Position numbers and translations under genes: made by a program. Of a DNA stretch of 64,000 nt, positions 25,319-37,749 are shown piece by piece (the first letter of the stretch is position 1; every line of letters starts with the position of its first letter). Source of the stretch: Amphiscolops sp. MND2022 (Eukaryota); assembly GCA_964187785.1 (NCBI GenBank), contig OZ076409.1, forward strand, positions 77,688,001-77,752,000. The letters are read 5' to 3'. The notes under the pieces were generated by a model. It was not told the origin of the DNA. It did not search any database and saw only the letters and a program-made list of their open reading frames with translations.

Positions 25319-28194
25319 AACATACTGCTGAAATCAAGAAAAACTGGGTGTTAGCACCAGTAAAAGTGTATTTTTCAGAGGTTTTTGAAGTCTCTGGCGT
25401 CTGTTCTGACAACTGTCCTTATGGTTTTGCTGGTTCTTGCTCTTTGTTGTCGAAGTACCAGTCAATTTCGTAGAAACAGCGAAAATATCAATCACTTGCT
25501 CAGTGCCACGTCGAAAAAAATCGAATTAGAATTTTTCATCGAGTCACTTCAATAGCAACATCACTGCATTTGGGTATTAAAGGGGATCGTTACATTTTGG
25601 ACACGAAGGTTTTTTCATATTCCCTTTTTTAAAATCTATTAAATGACACAAAAAAGTGGCTAGAGTTGCAACAGTTAGTTGCTAAACTTCTGTGCCTCAA
25701 TTAAAAACTAACGCATGCCTAATCAGATGTTTTATTCAACTAAAAGTATTAGGACGCATGTAGTTTTGACATATAGCTCTGCTGAAAACGTGTAAAATTG
25801 ATTGTCTGTGACTATGTTCAAAAATAGACGCAAAAAACGGTATTCAATGAAAGTCTTAGTATACATTATGACAAAGTGGGTAAATGAAGAGTGAACAAAA
25901 AAGTTGCTGAGTGTTTCACTGCGATAGACTGCAGAAGTATTGAAAACACAATCATGTGCAGCTCGTTGTATTTTCAAGACAACTCTTCGAAGATTGCAAC
26001 GCCAGACCAGTCTTGATACAACTCCAAAACGTGATTAAATTTGTTAAGCATACTTAGTAAAAAAATAAATTTGATCAGTGTGGTAGATTTCATTCAGAAG
26101 TATGGTTAACTGTATATGTTAACCATAGACGATTACTCAAAAGAAGCAGAAATCATTTGCAGATATGGACAATTTCACCTATGTTCCTTATTCTTTCGGT
26201 ATTTTGCTCATTAGCATTATATTTTCTCCAATTTATTCAGCAACCATCAATCCATCTTTGAGTGAGGGGCGATCCTTGTCAGAGTCGAAAGTTTTGCAGA
26301 TAGGAAATGACAAGTTCGTACCCAACACTCTGGTTGCCAACACTCTGGTGGCAAAAAGTGCTAGTGATCAAACACGTGCTATCATCAGTGTTTCAACGCA
26401 TTCATACTCTCCGAAGAGAAATAGAAAATTTCATTATCATTCCAACATCTTGGAAGGAAAAAGGATGGAAAACAAGGGCAACAGGTTCAATGCCACTGAG
26501 ACCCAATGGCCCTATCTACTTTCATCCCAAATTCATCACGCATCACTTATTAATTCAAAACTCGTCCTTCACCAGTTTTCTCATATCGTCCATCTCAACT
26601 TCATCAAAAGTGTTATTTACTATCGTAGATCCTGAAGGGATTAATCAAGTGCTTTGCTGTTACATCGACTTACCTTCAGTGAAGTATAGTGATTATATTT
26701 AACCAATTGTGCTAATCTGCTGCAGTAAGAAGCATTACTATTGGTGAGTTGAAGCGAGGTGACAATTATCACCTCGCCATACCAGTCTGTGATGAAGTGA
26801 AAAGGTGCGATAATTTAGTCCAGTCACTCGTAGGTGACAAAGTTGGAGACTAGACGCAACTGGACCAACCAAGGAGGCGCTCATTAACATACCAACTACG
26901 GTGTGACCAGTTGCTTCTAAACCTTGAATTCTGAATATTGATTCTGATCTAAACCTCGTTGTAAACGCAGACTCAGACTCAAATTCATCTGATACTCATC
27001 AGAACGGTGTTAATTTAAACTCACAAGTTGAAGTGAATGGCCAAATCGCTAAAATACAAGCCGAGATGAACGAAATTAAAGGGGCATTATTGACATTAAC
27101 CCATCAGTTTACCTCTCGCCTTGATGAAGGAAACGCTCTGAGAGCATCAAGTTCTCGCAATCCGGAACGTATCGACAAGCATACTGCTGAAATCAAGAAA
27201 AACTGGGTGTTAGCACCAGTAAAAGAGTCTATTTTCAGAGGTTTTTGCAGTCTCTGGCGTCTGTTCTGGCGACTGTCGTTATGGTTTTGCTCGTTCTTGC
27301 TCTTTGTTGTCGAAGTACCAGTCAATTTCGTAGAAACAGCGAAAATATCAATCACTTGCTCAGTGCCACGTCGAAAAAAATCGAATTAGAATTTTTCATC
27401 GAGTCACTTCAATAGCAACATGACTGCATTTGGGTATTGAAGGGGATCGTTACATTTTGGACACGAAGGTTATTTCATATTCCCTTTTTAAAAATCTATC
27501 AAATGACACAGAAAAAGTGGCTAGAGTTGCTACAGTTAGTTGCTAAACTTCTGTGCCTCAAATAAAAACTAACACATGCCTAATCAGATGTTTTATTCAA
27601 CTAAAATTTTTAAGAGCATGTAGTTTTGACATATAGCTCTGCTGAAAACGTGTAAAAATGATCGTCTGTGACTATGTTCAAAAATAGACGCAAAAAACGG
27701 TATTCAATGAAGGTCTTAGTATATATTATGACAAAGTGGTTAAATGAAGAGTGAACAAAAGAGTTGCTGAGTGTTTCACTGCGATAGACTGCAGAAATAT
27801 TGAAAACACAATCATGTGCAGCTCGTTATATTTTCAAGACAACTCTTCGAAGATTGCAACGCCAGACCAGTCTTGATACAACTCCAAAACGTGATTAATT
27901 TTGTTAAGCATACTTAGTAAAAAAGTAAATTTGATCAGTGTGGTAGATTTCATTCAGAAGTATGGTTAACTCTATATGTTAACCATAGACGATTACTCAA
28001 AAGAAGCAGAAATCATTTGCAGAAATGGACAATTTCACCTATTTTCCTTATTCTTTCGGTATTTTGCTCATTAGCATTATATTTTCTCCAATTTATTCAG
28101 CAACCATCAATCCATCTTTGAGTGAGGGGCGATCCTTATTAGAGTCGAAAGTTATGCAGATAGGAAGTGACAAGCTCGTACCCAACACTCTGGT
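24501..28194. repeat. Tandem duplication, period ~1.86 kb (distal 3' LTR + flanking DNA)
   Basis: 24501-26334 repeated at 26352-28194 (ORFs 26165 and 28025 both begin MDNFTY; LTR ends at 25318 and 27177). Confidence 0.93.
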
Positions 28195-28449
28195 TTTAAC
28201 AATCAGCCATACCTGGAACGCTCTCGAAATGGGAGACGCACAACCTCGAGGAATGATTTTTCTTGCTTCCTCCGGGCTTGGTTAAGTGTATACAACAAAA
28301 CCATTTCAAAGCTGCTTTTTTTGTTTGAAATTGGGAACATCACTAAAAATTTAGTTTTTTTGTTTGAAATTGGGAACGTCACTAAATCCTCACTTTATCA
28401 ATAAAATCAAATTTAAACGTATTGGCTGCCAAAAGGATAGCTTTATATA

Positions 28450-29312
28450 ATGTACATTCTGTTAAAAGCGGAAACTTTATTTGGGATACTTCGCCCAATC
28501 TTGTGTCGAAGAAATGTTACGCGAATCTTCGTGAGTGGAAAACCTTGAGCGATAAAGGTTTTGCAGAAGGCCGACTGCCTGGAAGAAAAAAATCAGAAAA
28601 GTTGAAAACTCAGCATACTAAGTCTGTCATGGATGATGCTAATAACGTAAAAATAACTACGATAATATGTGTGTACCGTCCATATGTGGTCTTTCAGTTG
28701 ATGTTACACGATTGCGTAACCTAATAACTGTAACGGCAAGCGCTAAGCGATTGTATCGTAACATTGGAGTGAAGGAACTGGTACCATGGATATGGTCGCG
28801 AACAAACCACCATGGTATCAGCTCACTTTGTCCTCCTAAGGATAGCCGGTCCCGAGGAGGAGGAACCGTCTCTAGAGATGCTCTCTGGCCTGATACCAGT
28901 CTGTAACTGCAATAAGGTAGTGTAGAGCTGAATTTTACCAACGTTAAATGAGTAAATGCACAAGGTAGGGGTAGCCTCGAGCTTATAATTATTCAAACAA
29001 ATACATCAAATACGATAATAAAGTCCAGTTCGGCGAAGCTGATGGGCGCTTGGGCGGCATGGCACCAGTGCTGGAGCTGGGCACAACCCTCTTGTCCATG
29101 AAGTTACTGCTACAAGCCCAAACAATTGGGAAGAGCATCTAACCGACATAGCTCGTGAGTTTCTCGAGGTATTCATCGGTCCATGTGTATCGCAGACTCC
29201 CTCTCCGCGATTTGGCTAGTTCTTGCCATATTCACGACGGGATGAAATAAGCTAATTAATTTCCCCGATTACTGGACACAGGCATCCTACGGCAGAAACA
29301 TGGATTTCCAGG
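28450..29312 (+). pseudogene. Highly decayed retrotransposon integrase-like remnant (target of the solo LTR)
   Basis: Only faint motif traces (e.g. SPNNWEEHL near 29120); no long ORF. Confidence 0.25.
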
Positions 29313-30373
29313 TGTCATGCGCAAGTTTATGAATGGAATTATTGACTGAGGCACTCAGTCGTCACAATCCAGAAACACTGTATTTCATTCAAACAATATA
29401 CATGAAGCTATTAAATGAGAAAAGGCGACCAGCCTAACTAGTCGTCGAACGGTTTATACTGTTCATGCAAACTAAAATACTATAAATTTCCTGTCCTAGT
29501 GCATCAATATTTTCTTCACTAGTGCATCAATTCGTCGGAACTTAGCAACAGTTCAAATTCATATTCGGAAATCATTGGGAAAAACAACTAGTGCTAGTAG
29601 TCGTCAGACATATTAGAAACATCGGTTGAACATTCATTTTTCTCATCGAATTTAAAAGCGCAGTAATTACAAATACCACGTAATGAAGATTAGTGCTACT
29701 ATTCTACCGATCAGTGCAAATTACTCATGCTAGTGCTTAACAGGTGCAATAAGTTCTTACGTTTCAAGTAAAGATAAATTTGACGACTATAGTCCACAGT
29801 CGTAATTGCGACATATTTAACACCTATGTCTGAAAATCAATCAGAAAGTCACAAAAGAACGACACATAATTGATGAAGGAAAGCTTGTGAAAGGTACTAA
29901 CTAACTTCAGTGAGATTTGTACAACCACAGTATCCAGTCGTTTTCAGAACGTTGTCTTAGTTAATTTATACTACTGCTATCTTCCAGTTCTTCTCAATAC
30001 TATAACTAATCTCTACAAAATTCAATATTAAAACTCAATAATTTTCTCAAAAGAGTAAACACCGGAGCTCAAGCGTCGCAGAATCGCCTACCTAGAGATG
30101 ACGAAATGGATGATTTCGATGATAATGCAAGCGACCTCAGCCTGCCTGAAATTAGTAGGCGTACCTTCGGAAAAGAAAATATTGGTCGAGACAACGTAGA
30201 TCAGGAGAGAGATCATGAACGTGTTCGTATTCAACGCAGGTTTAATGGATTGAACAGACCAATTGGAGAGTTGACATCGCTAGTCCGAACCTTAAACGAA
30301 AAGATTTCCTCGAGTAATCGAGAAGAGAATGGCAACAATTCACCTAGAGGTAGATCAACAAGCCATTCTGACA
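29313..30373 (+). mobile_element. Solo LTR with perfect 5-bp TSD CCAGG
   Basis: ccagg|TGTCATGCGC ... TTCTGACA|ccagg; inverted TGTCA/TGACA ends; gag-like coiled-coil ORF start (30106) inside its 3' part. Confidence 0.88.
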
Positions 30374-31510
30374 CCAGGGTGCCAATCAACATTCCATTAT
30401 ATATACGTCACAGAATGAAGCTTCCGTTCCGAATCTCGGTATCACCCAGCGAGAGATTATTACCCCGACTAATGTCCTTGGAAGGATTTCACAAGCCTTC
30501 ATATTGGATGAAGAAAATGATCCAAATCAACACCTCTCGATCATAGTCACTGATAAAGCTATGCAGACACAATTCGTCGTCCCTTTTACTTCCAACCAAA
30601 AAGAACCTATGATACAGTCTTCTTCAGAAACAGTACAACCAGGCTCTCAACGGGGAAACCGAACTGCAGAAGAGAAATCGCGCAGATCCAAATACTCGCT
30701 AAAAGAAGTATGTTAAGAAAACACCCTGCGCTTAAATTCAAAGCTGCGGGCCTTTGGACAGACAAAGATTCCCATTTATGTGGTCTAGTGTTTGTATTTA
30801 TCTCTCATGAGTCGAGGCACAGAATTGTTGTCCGACTACCGGTCCAACTCACATTTGATTGAGGAGCACAGAATGCAGATGGAGGTTTCAGGAATGCAAT
30901 TATATGATAGAGAAGTGAAGGAAATAGCTGGAATAGCACTACAAGAGGCATATAATGTGGCCAAGGTCACTTACCCCATTTCACGGCGGATGTACCCGTG
31001 TCGAGCCTTTGTTGGGCAGGAATCTGTACCATTTATTAGTGCATCTACAAGCACTTCTGAATGAATTCTTTTGCACATTTTTGTCATCGAAACTGGATTA
31101 ACTGTATATGATGATGTAGTGCGACTAGCTGACAGTAGCCAAATAATTTCGCAAAATTGGAGCCATCAGCGCCTCTTTGTAAATTTCTTTCAAGGTACTT
31201 CGCTGCGATAATTTATTCCTTATACTTCGTGTGAGTTCTTCACTCAGACTAAGCATCAGTTTTGTGGTGGTAATTACTTAGCCAAAATACAATAGTCGTT
31301 TGTTTTCTTTACCAGGAATTCTTGTGCACATGTTCCAAGAGCTCATGGAATACTGCGTCACGATGGCAGCATCCTCTGGGAGTTACTCTTTACTTCTTCA
31401 ACACACCTATGTGTACGAAGTAGCACTTGGTGGGTCCGTACACGAAACGGGCATAAGGTGGGACGTACACACTTTTCCCTTGGTGGGACATACACAAAAA
31501 CTTAAACTTG

Positions 31511-31955
31511 GCTATTAATAATACTTATTGACATGCATTGGTGGGACCTTAACACAAAATCTTTTCGGCGATTTTCAGCTATCAAGAATACTTACTGACA
31601 TGCATTGGTGGGACCTTAACACAAAATCTTTTCGGCGATTTTCAGCTATCAAGAATACTTATTGACATGCATTGGTGGGACCTTAACACAAAATCTTTTC
31701 GGCGATTTTCAGCTATCAAGAATACTTATTGACATGCATTGGTGGGACCTTAACACAAAATCTTTTCGACAATTTTCAGCTATCAAGAATACTTATTGAC
31801 ATGCATTGGTGGGACCTTAACACAAAATCTTTTCGACAATTTTCAGCTAACAATAATACTTATTGAAATGCATTGGTGGGACCTTAACACAAAATCTTTT
31901 CGACAATTTTCAGCTATCAAGAATACTTATTGACATGCATTGGTGGGACCTTAAC
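31511..31955 (+). repeat. 67-bp tandem array (~6.5 units), each unit carrying a GGTGGGAC box
   Basis: Unit aatacttattgacatgcattggtgggaccttaacacaaaatcttttcggcgattttcagctatcaag starting at 31520, 31587, 31654, 31721, 31788, 31855, 31922. Confidence 0.97.
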
Positions 31956-33510
31956 AAAACATTGTTTTTCCAATGTTATTCTTTACGAATGCAACTCGGT
32001 CATTGGAGAGAGCAAAGTATTGTAGCTACTGAATCAATTATTGATATTGAAAAAGAGGAGACAATCATTTATTGCATTTATTGTAAATGAATTTTTCTAT
32101 AATGACTGAATGGTATTTACATTCCAATAACTTTGGAATTTACATTACTGGATTTACACCCCAGTAACTCCATATTTGTTGTACACCTACTGGATAGTTT
32201 TCATATACCTTACTCTTTACAGTACACAGTTTGCTGGTAACAAGTTGACTGGTAAATTAAAAATCAAAGTCATTGCAAATCTTTTATTCAGCCCAAACAA
32301 CGTTATTACAACTCAAGTGAAGTTTCATACAATCTGGATTTGTTTGAAACGATCTCATAGTTCATACTGTTTCTTTGTTATCCTGTCACTGATAACTGAT
32401 CATTTTCTTGCGTCACTGATGGTCATGTTCCGTATTTTATCTTTGATATCCTGCCACTTCGAAGCATGGGGGTACTTTTTCATTGCCTCCAAACAAACTG
32501 CACGGCCAGGCAGTTGCCCTTGCATCATCTCTTCTCGGAATTGTTTCCTCAGCCTTTTTTCTTGATCCAGTGGCCATGTTCGTCGTGTAGTACCACCAGG
32601 CTTAGGCTTCTTCTTACCACTAGTAGTTTTCTTTTGATTCCTTTTGACGGTTGTATCAAATTGATCCGAAATTGAGAGACTGTTTTTGCTTCCCGAGCTT
32701 GAGGCCTGGGACATTCTGAGTGAACTGTCTGCGACGTCACGGGATTTCGCATGATCGGTATTATCTTGGACTGCGGTTTCGTTATCCTTAACAAAACAAC
32801 TTCTGATTACTCAAATGGAGTCAATCTGTTTTTACCTAAACGATTTTGTTTTGGCTATGTTATACAAAGTTCCATTTTTATGTTTTCGAGAGTTTTGAAA
32901 AGCAACGCGACGTGATAGAGAACAGGCCTTCATTGTCTAGATGCATGTTTATTGTGCACAATTTAGATGTGTAATGTTTCGTTGGGAGTATGATCCGAAA
33001 GAAACACAATGTGAACAAAAATGGGTTTGTATTGCTTCAGTAGAAACTTCATACGAAATAAACGAAGATCCGAATTATCCGGATACGAATTAAATGCAAT
33101 TGACTGTACTGTTATCTGAAACATTCAGAAGAAATTATGATTGGCTGGAACTTTTTCCTTTTCCCCCACACAAAGATGATGTTTTTGCAATTATATGTAT
33201 CTCAATTGCGTTTCCAATGAAACAGTTCAGTTTTAAATTTATTCTTAGGGTGATAGTTCAGGATTCAGATACAAACTTTGTTCACACTTTTTCATAATAA
33301 TAATAATATGCATGGAGCTTTAGATGTTGTGATTATAATTATGATTAGTATAACTAAAATTGAAGTCCAGCATGTAGTTTCAAATGGTTTTTGATTTTTC
33401 AATAGATTCTTCCTGGAACCGTGGGGGACTTTCTTTATTGCAATAGTACAAATCAAAACCAATTTTTTTAATTAATCCGGACTGATAATTTCAAAAACTA
33501 GAAAACTAAC

Positions 33511-34294
33511 AGAGTCGTCCAACTCGCCATCATCCAGTGTCGGTTGAATTGTGTCAAGGTCTTTCGAATATGCATCCTCGAGTTTACCGCTGTCGACCAT
33601 ATACAACAATTTTGTAACTTTTGCTAGATTTACGGCATCAGTGTGCATCCTGTAATACTTGTCGTGAACCCTTAAGTCATGACCCAGAAAATCAGCAACC
33701 CAAGTCCTCTGGTGCTGTGGTAAGTTCAAAAACTGTTCTGCAGTTGCCATATACTTTCGAAGCTTCGTTGACCTGAACAAAGGTTTGTTCTCCAGCTCAA
33801 AGTCTTTAGCGATTTTGTTCAGGGCCTCAGCGCTCCGGTAATGCAGTTTTCCACCTTCTGTTTGGAAGAAGTACGTTTCATTTTTCAAGTTGTCATCACT
33901 TATTATGATATCAATAAGTTTGAGTGTGTCCGGTGGCACCAGCACTGGGACAACTTTTCCGCCCTTCCCAGGAAGTCGGAGGAGTGTGTAGACTTCTGCG
34001 AACTTTTCCTCTAGTTTTGTAAGCTTCACGAGCTCATTATCCGCTGTCTTTGCTCGTTCACAGGCAAGACTCCGTTGTAATATCATATCTCTTCTTTTGA
34101 TTCCAGAAACTTCACGATCACGCTTCTTGTTGAAACTAACAAGATCAGCTATCACAGTTAGTTTGAGTTCGGCATAGTTATACTTAGTCAGTGCAAGGAG
34201 TTCTCGCACTTTTTTTCCAATGCTTTGCCGGAATTTAATGATGTCGGTAGTGGGAATAACCAGATGTATGCTCTCATTTTGCTTCTTGACCAAC
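33511..34294 (-). CDS. Tyrosine recombinase catalytic-domain exon
   Basis: ORF 33472..34308; R-K-(K/H)xxR-H-Y catalytic pattern present; acceptor ttctAG at 34296-34295, donor GTTAGT at 33510. Confidence 0.9.
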
Positions 34295-36689
34295 CTAGAA
34301 AAACACAAGGTGATTAAATTTGGGAAAGAAAAGGCTCAAAAGGTTTATCAGCTAATTTTAGGGGACGTAAATAAAACCTGTGGAGCAACTTTTTACATTG
34401 TGGCTTCTTTTAGGGGAATTGTTGAGGAAACCAGATTCAGTGGGACATACACCCGCTATTTTACTTGGCCTAGGTGGGACGCAGTCTAAGTGAGACATGA
34501 AAGGTGGGACCCGCTATAAAGCCTAGAGAAAAACGACTGAAATTGGCTGAGTAACTATTTCAGACAAAGTTCCACCACGTTTTCTTACACTCCGCAACTA
34601 CATATTTCTTCATTTTTTGCCATTTTTGGTGTTTCTTGTAAATATTTGCCTCAATAGTTTTTGAATGGTTCCAACTTACTCGTATTTAGCAGGTGCGGAT
34701 ATTTGAGCCCGCGGATATTTATTCAGTGTCAATAATTTTCTGAAACTGTTTAGCTTGTTTAGATATCTCCTTCTTCTTCCACACGAAAGCTTGATTTTGC
34801 AGAAAAGCAGCAGCTGTTTTCAGAATCGATCCCATTTTTACTTGGTAGGATTTTGCAAAATTTTTTGAAACCGCCTCTTTCACTCTTGACCACATGTCTG
34901 GTCTGATAAGTTCAATCAAATTTGAGCATTCCAGTTGGAGAACAAGTTTGGCCATGATTCGCATTCTGTCCCTGATCTGATTGTAGCCCTCGTCTGATTT
35001 TCGCTTGTTGAAATAATATTCCCCAACATACTTTATAAGGGGGTCATTACGTATTAGTTCTGCAACTGGATTGTTTCTTAAATTGTTATAAAGGAAATCC
35101 TGGAATGGGGTGTTATGATTTGCTTTGATTTCAAGCATCAACGCAAAGATGGCAGCTTTGATGTTTTTGTTTTTTCCTTCTTTATGGCTAGACTTGGTAA
35201 CTGCCGGGCAGTCTAGTTTGTGCCGGTACATGGTTTTTCTCATGAAGAAGCCAAGACAATCAGGACAAGGAGCATAGTTATCAGCTGTTGGATTCTCCGT
35301 TTCCGTCGGGTCCCTGACTACAATCAGTTTGTCAGTGAATCTGTTCGTCTTTATGCATTTTTTGAAAACCGCGATGTTATATTTGTACTGTCCTTCATAT
35401 GTGATCAAGCGGTATGTTTGATCTTTCTCTTTATGAAGTTTCCTCAAATCGCGTTCAGTTGTGGCGATTTCCTTACTTCCTTCTAGTTCTTCTATTTCTA
35501 GATTTATTCGCCTAAGGTTACTGACGCGGAGCTCTCTTTGATGGAATGATTGCAAATGGCGATGTAATTTGGCAACCATTGTCGCATCTTTGATATCTTC
35601 AAAAGGACAGTAAGGACAACATTTCTTCTTTTTGTATTTACCTTCAGAGACAACAATGTGGATCTTCCTGAGATACTTTGAGTTGAATCTCCATTTTCCG
35701 GAACAATTAGCGTTGACATATTGTTGCATGTCGTCTTCAATGTTGTCATAGCCTTCCATAGTGTTTGCAACATCATCTGGTCCTGCAGACGACGTTGAAG
35801 CTAGTGCGGTCTGATAACTACTTTCACTGATCTGAGAAATGCCTTCTCCCAATACCACCGTCTGGTTTGATGAAACTTTTTTGGGTGTACTTGGCGCTCT
35901 TTCAGCTGTTGATGCAGTTTTTGTTTCTTCTTCTGAAGACAGTTCTTCGCTACCTTCATCCTCATCAACATTGTAACTTTCACATGAGGACTCAGATGTT
36001 TCAGACGACGAATCGTCACTGGAACTCTCGCTTGACTGTTCAGGTATGTCGCTGTGTTCTTCAGCTGAGTCAGAATCCTCAGGCTTCGGCGTTAAGTATT
36101 CGCGTCCTTTGTTGAGAATTCTCAAAGCCCTTGATATTCCCTCAGAGAGCTCCAACTGCTTAAAAAGGAAGAATCTTATTCTTTCTGGAAAACACATTTC
36201 GGGAAAAATATTCGCTCTAAAACCACAGTGGCTTCCTTTCGGACTAAAATTGTATTGAGGTGATTTCCAGATTATGAAGCATTACAATCTACATTCTTTC
36301 ACAATGCGTTTGTTTTTACGTGCAAAATTCAGTCAAGCATTCCTCAACCACATTGCGTTTCTTTTCACATGATTAAATTTAACAATTCTAAAAAATTTTT
36401 TAACAGCTTGATTTTGAAATCTTGTGGCACTTCAATGAATGCGGTGCATGAAAGCCATTAAATTGCTTTCACTTTGAGGTGCAAACGCAATCAAAAAAAG
36501 ATTTTTCAAAAAGTCAGTAATTTCAAGTCTTAAACGGGTAATTAATGAAATTGTGCTTACCTTCTGAGGTATTATACATTCGTTTTTGGCTTCGTAAGGT
36601 GTTTTCGGTTTTCTTTCTTCTAGTTTAGTCAATTTGGCATACGATGCTTCAATGCTTCTAGTTACATTCTTCGGTTTCCGTGGTTGTTT

Positions 36690-37390
36690 AGGAGCTTTCG
36701 CTTCTGTGTCAGTAGTTTTGTTTTTCTCAATTTTGCCAGATTTGTTTTGCGATGATTTTGTTGAGATCCTCGGTTCCGTGTCCCCGCCTTTGCGTAACGG
36801 GTTAGGAGCCTTCTCTTCTGTGTCAGTAGTTTTGTTTTTCTCAACTTTGCTAGATTGGTTTTGCGATGACTTTGTTGAGATTCTCGGTTCCGTGTTCCCG
36901 TCTTTGCGTAACGGGTTAGGAGCCTTCTCTTCTGTGTCAGTAGTTTTGTTTTTCTCAACTTTGCTAGATTGGTTTTGCGATGATTTTGTTGAGATCCTCG
37001 GTTCCGTGTCCCCGTCTTTGCGTAACGGGTTAGGAGCCTTCTCTTCTGTGTCAGTAGTTTTGTTTTTCTCAACTTTGCTAGATTGGTTTTGCGATGATTT
37101 TGTTGAGATCCTCGGTTCCGTGTCCCCGTCTTTGCGTAACGGGTTAGGAGCCTTTTCTTCTGTGTCAGTAGTTTTGTTTTTCTCAACTTTGCTAGATTGG
37201 TTTTGCGATGATTTTGTTGAGATCCTCGGTTCCGTGTCCCCGTCTTTGCGTAACGGGTTAGGAGCCTTCTCTTCTGTGTCAGTAGTTTTGTTTTTCTCAA
37301 CTTTGCTAGATTGGTTTTGCGATGACATTGTTGAGATCCTCTGTTCCGTGTCCCCCGCAATGTTGTGTGATGGGTTAGGAGCTTTTTCTA
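36690..37390 (-). repeat. Coding minisatellite, 114-bp (38-aa) unit, ~6 copies
   Basis: SSQNQSSKVEKNKTTDTEEKAPNPLRKDGDTEPRISTK repeated in ORF 36432..37751. Confidence 0.95.
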
Positions 37391-37749
37391 CTGTGTCCGC
37401 TGCGTTTTGTATCTCAATGTTGATAGATTCGTTGCATGATTGCAATGACACAGGCTGAAGTGGAATTGTGAGGTTCTTCGCACTAAGATTAGGATACAAA
37501 TTGGAAACCTTTTTCACTGGAACTTCAGATTCTTTTCCTTTTCTTTGCGTTGTTGATGCAACTCTTTTTTCTGAATCACCGGGTTTTTCTTTTTCAGGTC
37601 CAGATTGTTTGAAGAGAGTTTCCAGTTTCTTCTTCCTTGTCACTGTTATGAAGGGCTCCTCCACCTTACGAGATAATTTGTTTTTGGAATCAGCGGCTTC
37701 TATATTATCTATATTACTTTTTAATCCCGAAGCTTGGGGATTTCGTCTC

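Noticed and set aside
26165..26635. Secreted-protein-like ORF MDNFTYVPYSFGILL (also at 28025)
   Set aside because: Spans the duplication junction into LTR sequence and the two copies diverge after ~55 codons; likely fortuitous.
31511..31955. CRISPR-like array
   Set aside because: Whole 67-bp units are near-identical (no unique spacers), no cas genes, eukaryotic context.
36634..37458. 274-aa hydrophobic plus-strand ORF and the 232-aa alternative minus frame
   Set aside because: Shadow frames of the 114-bp repeat, which happens to lack stops; splice phases support only the 36432..37751 frame.
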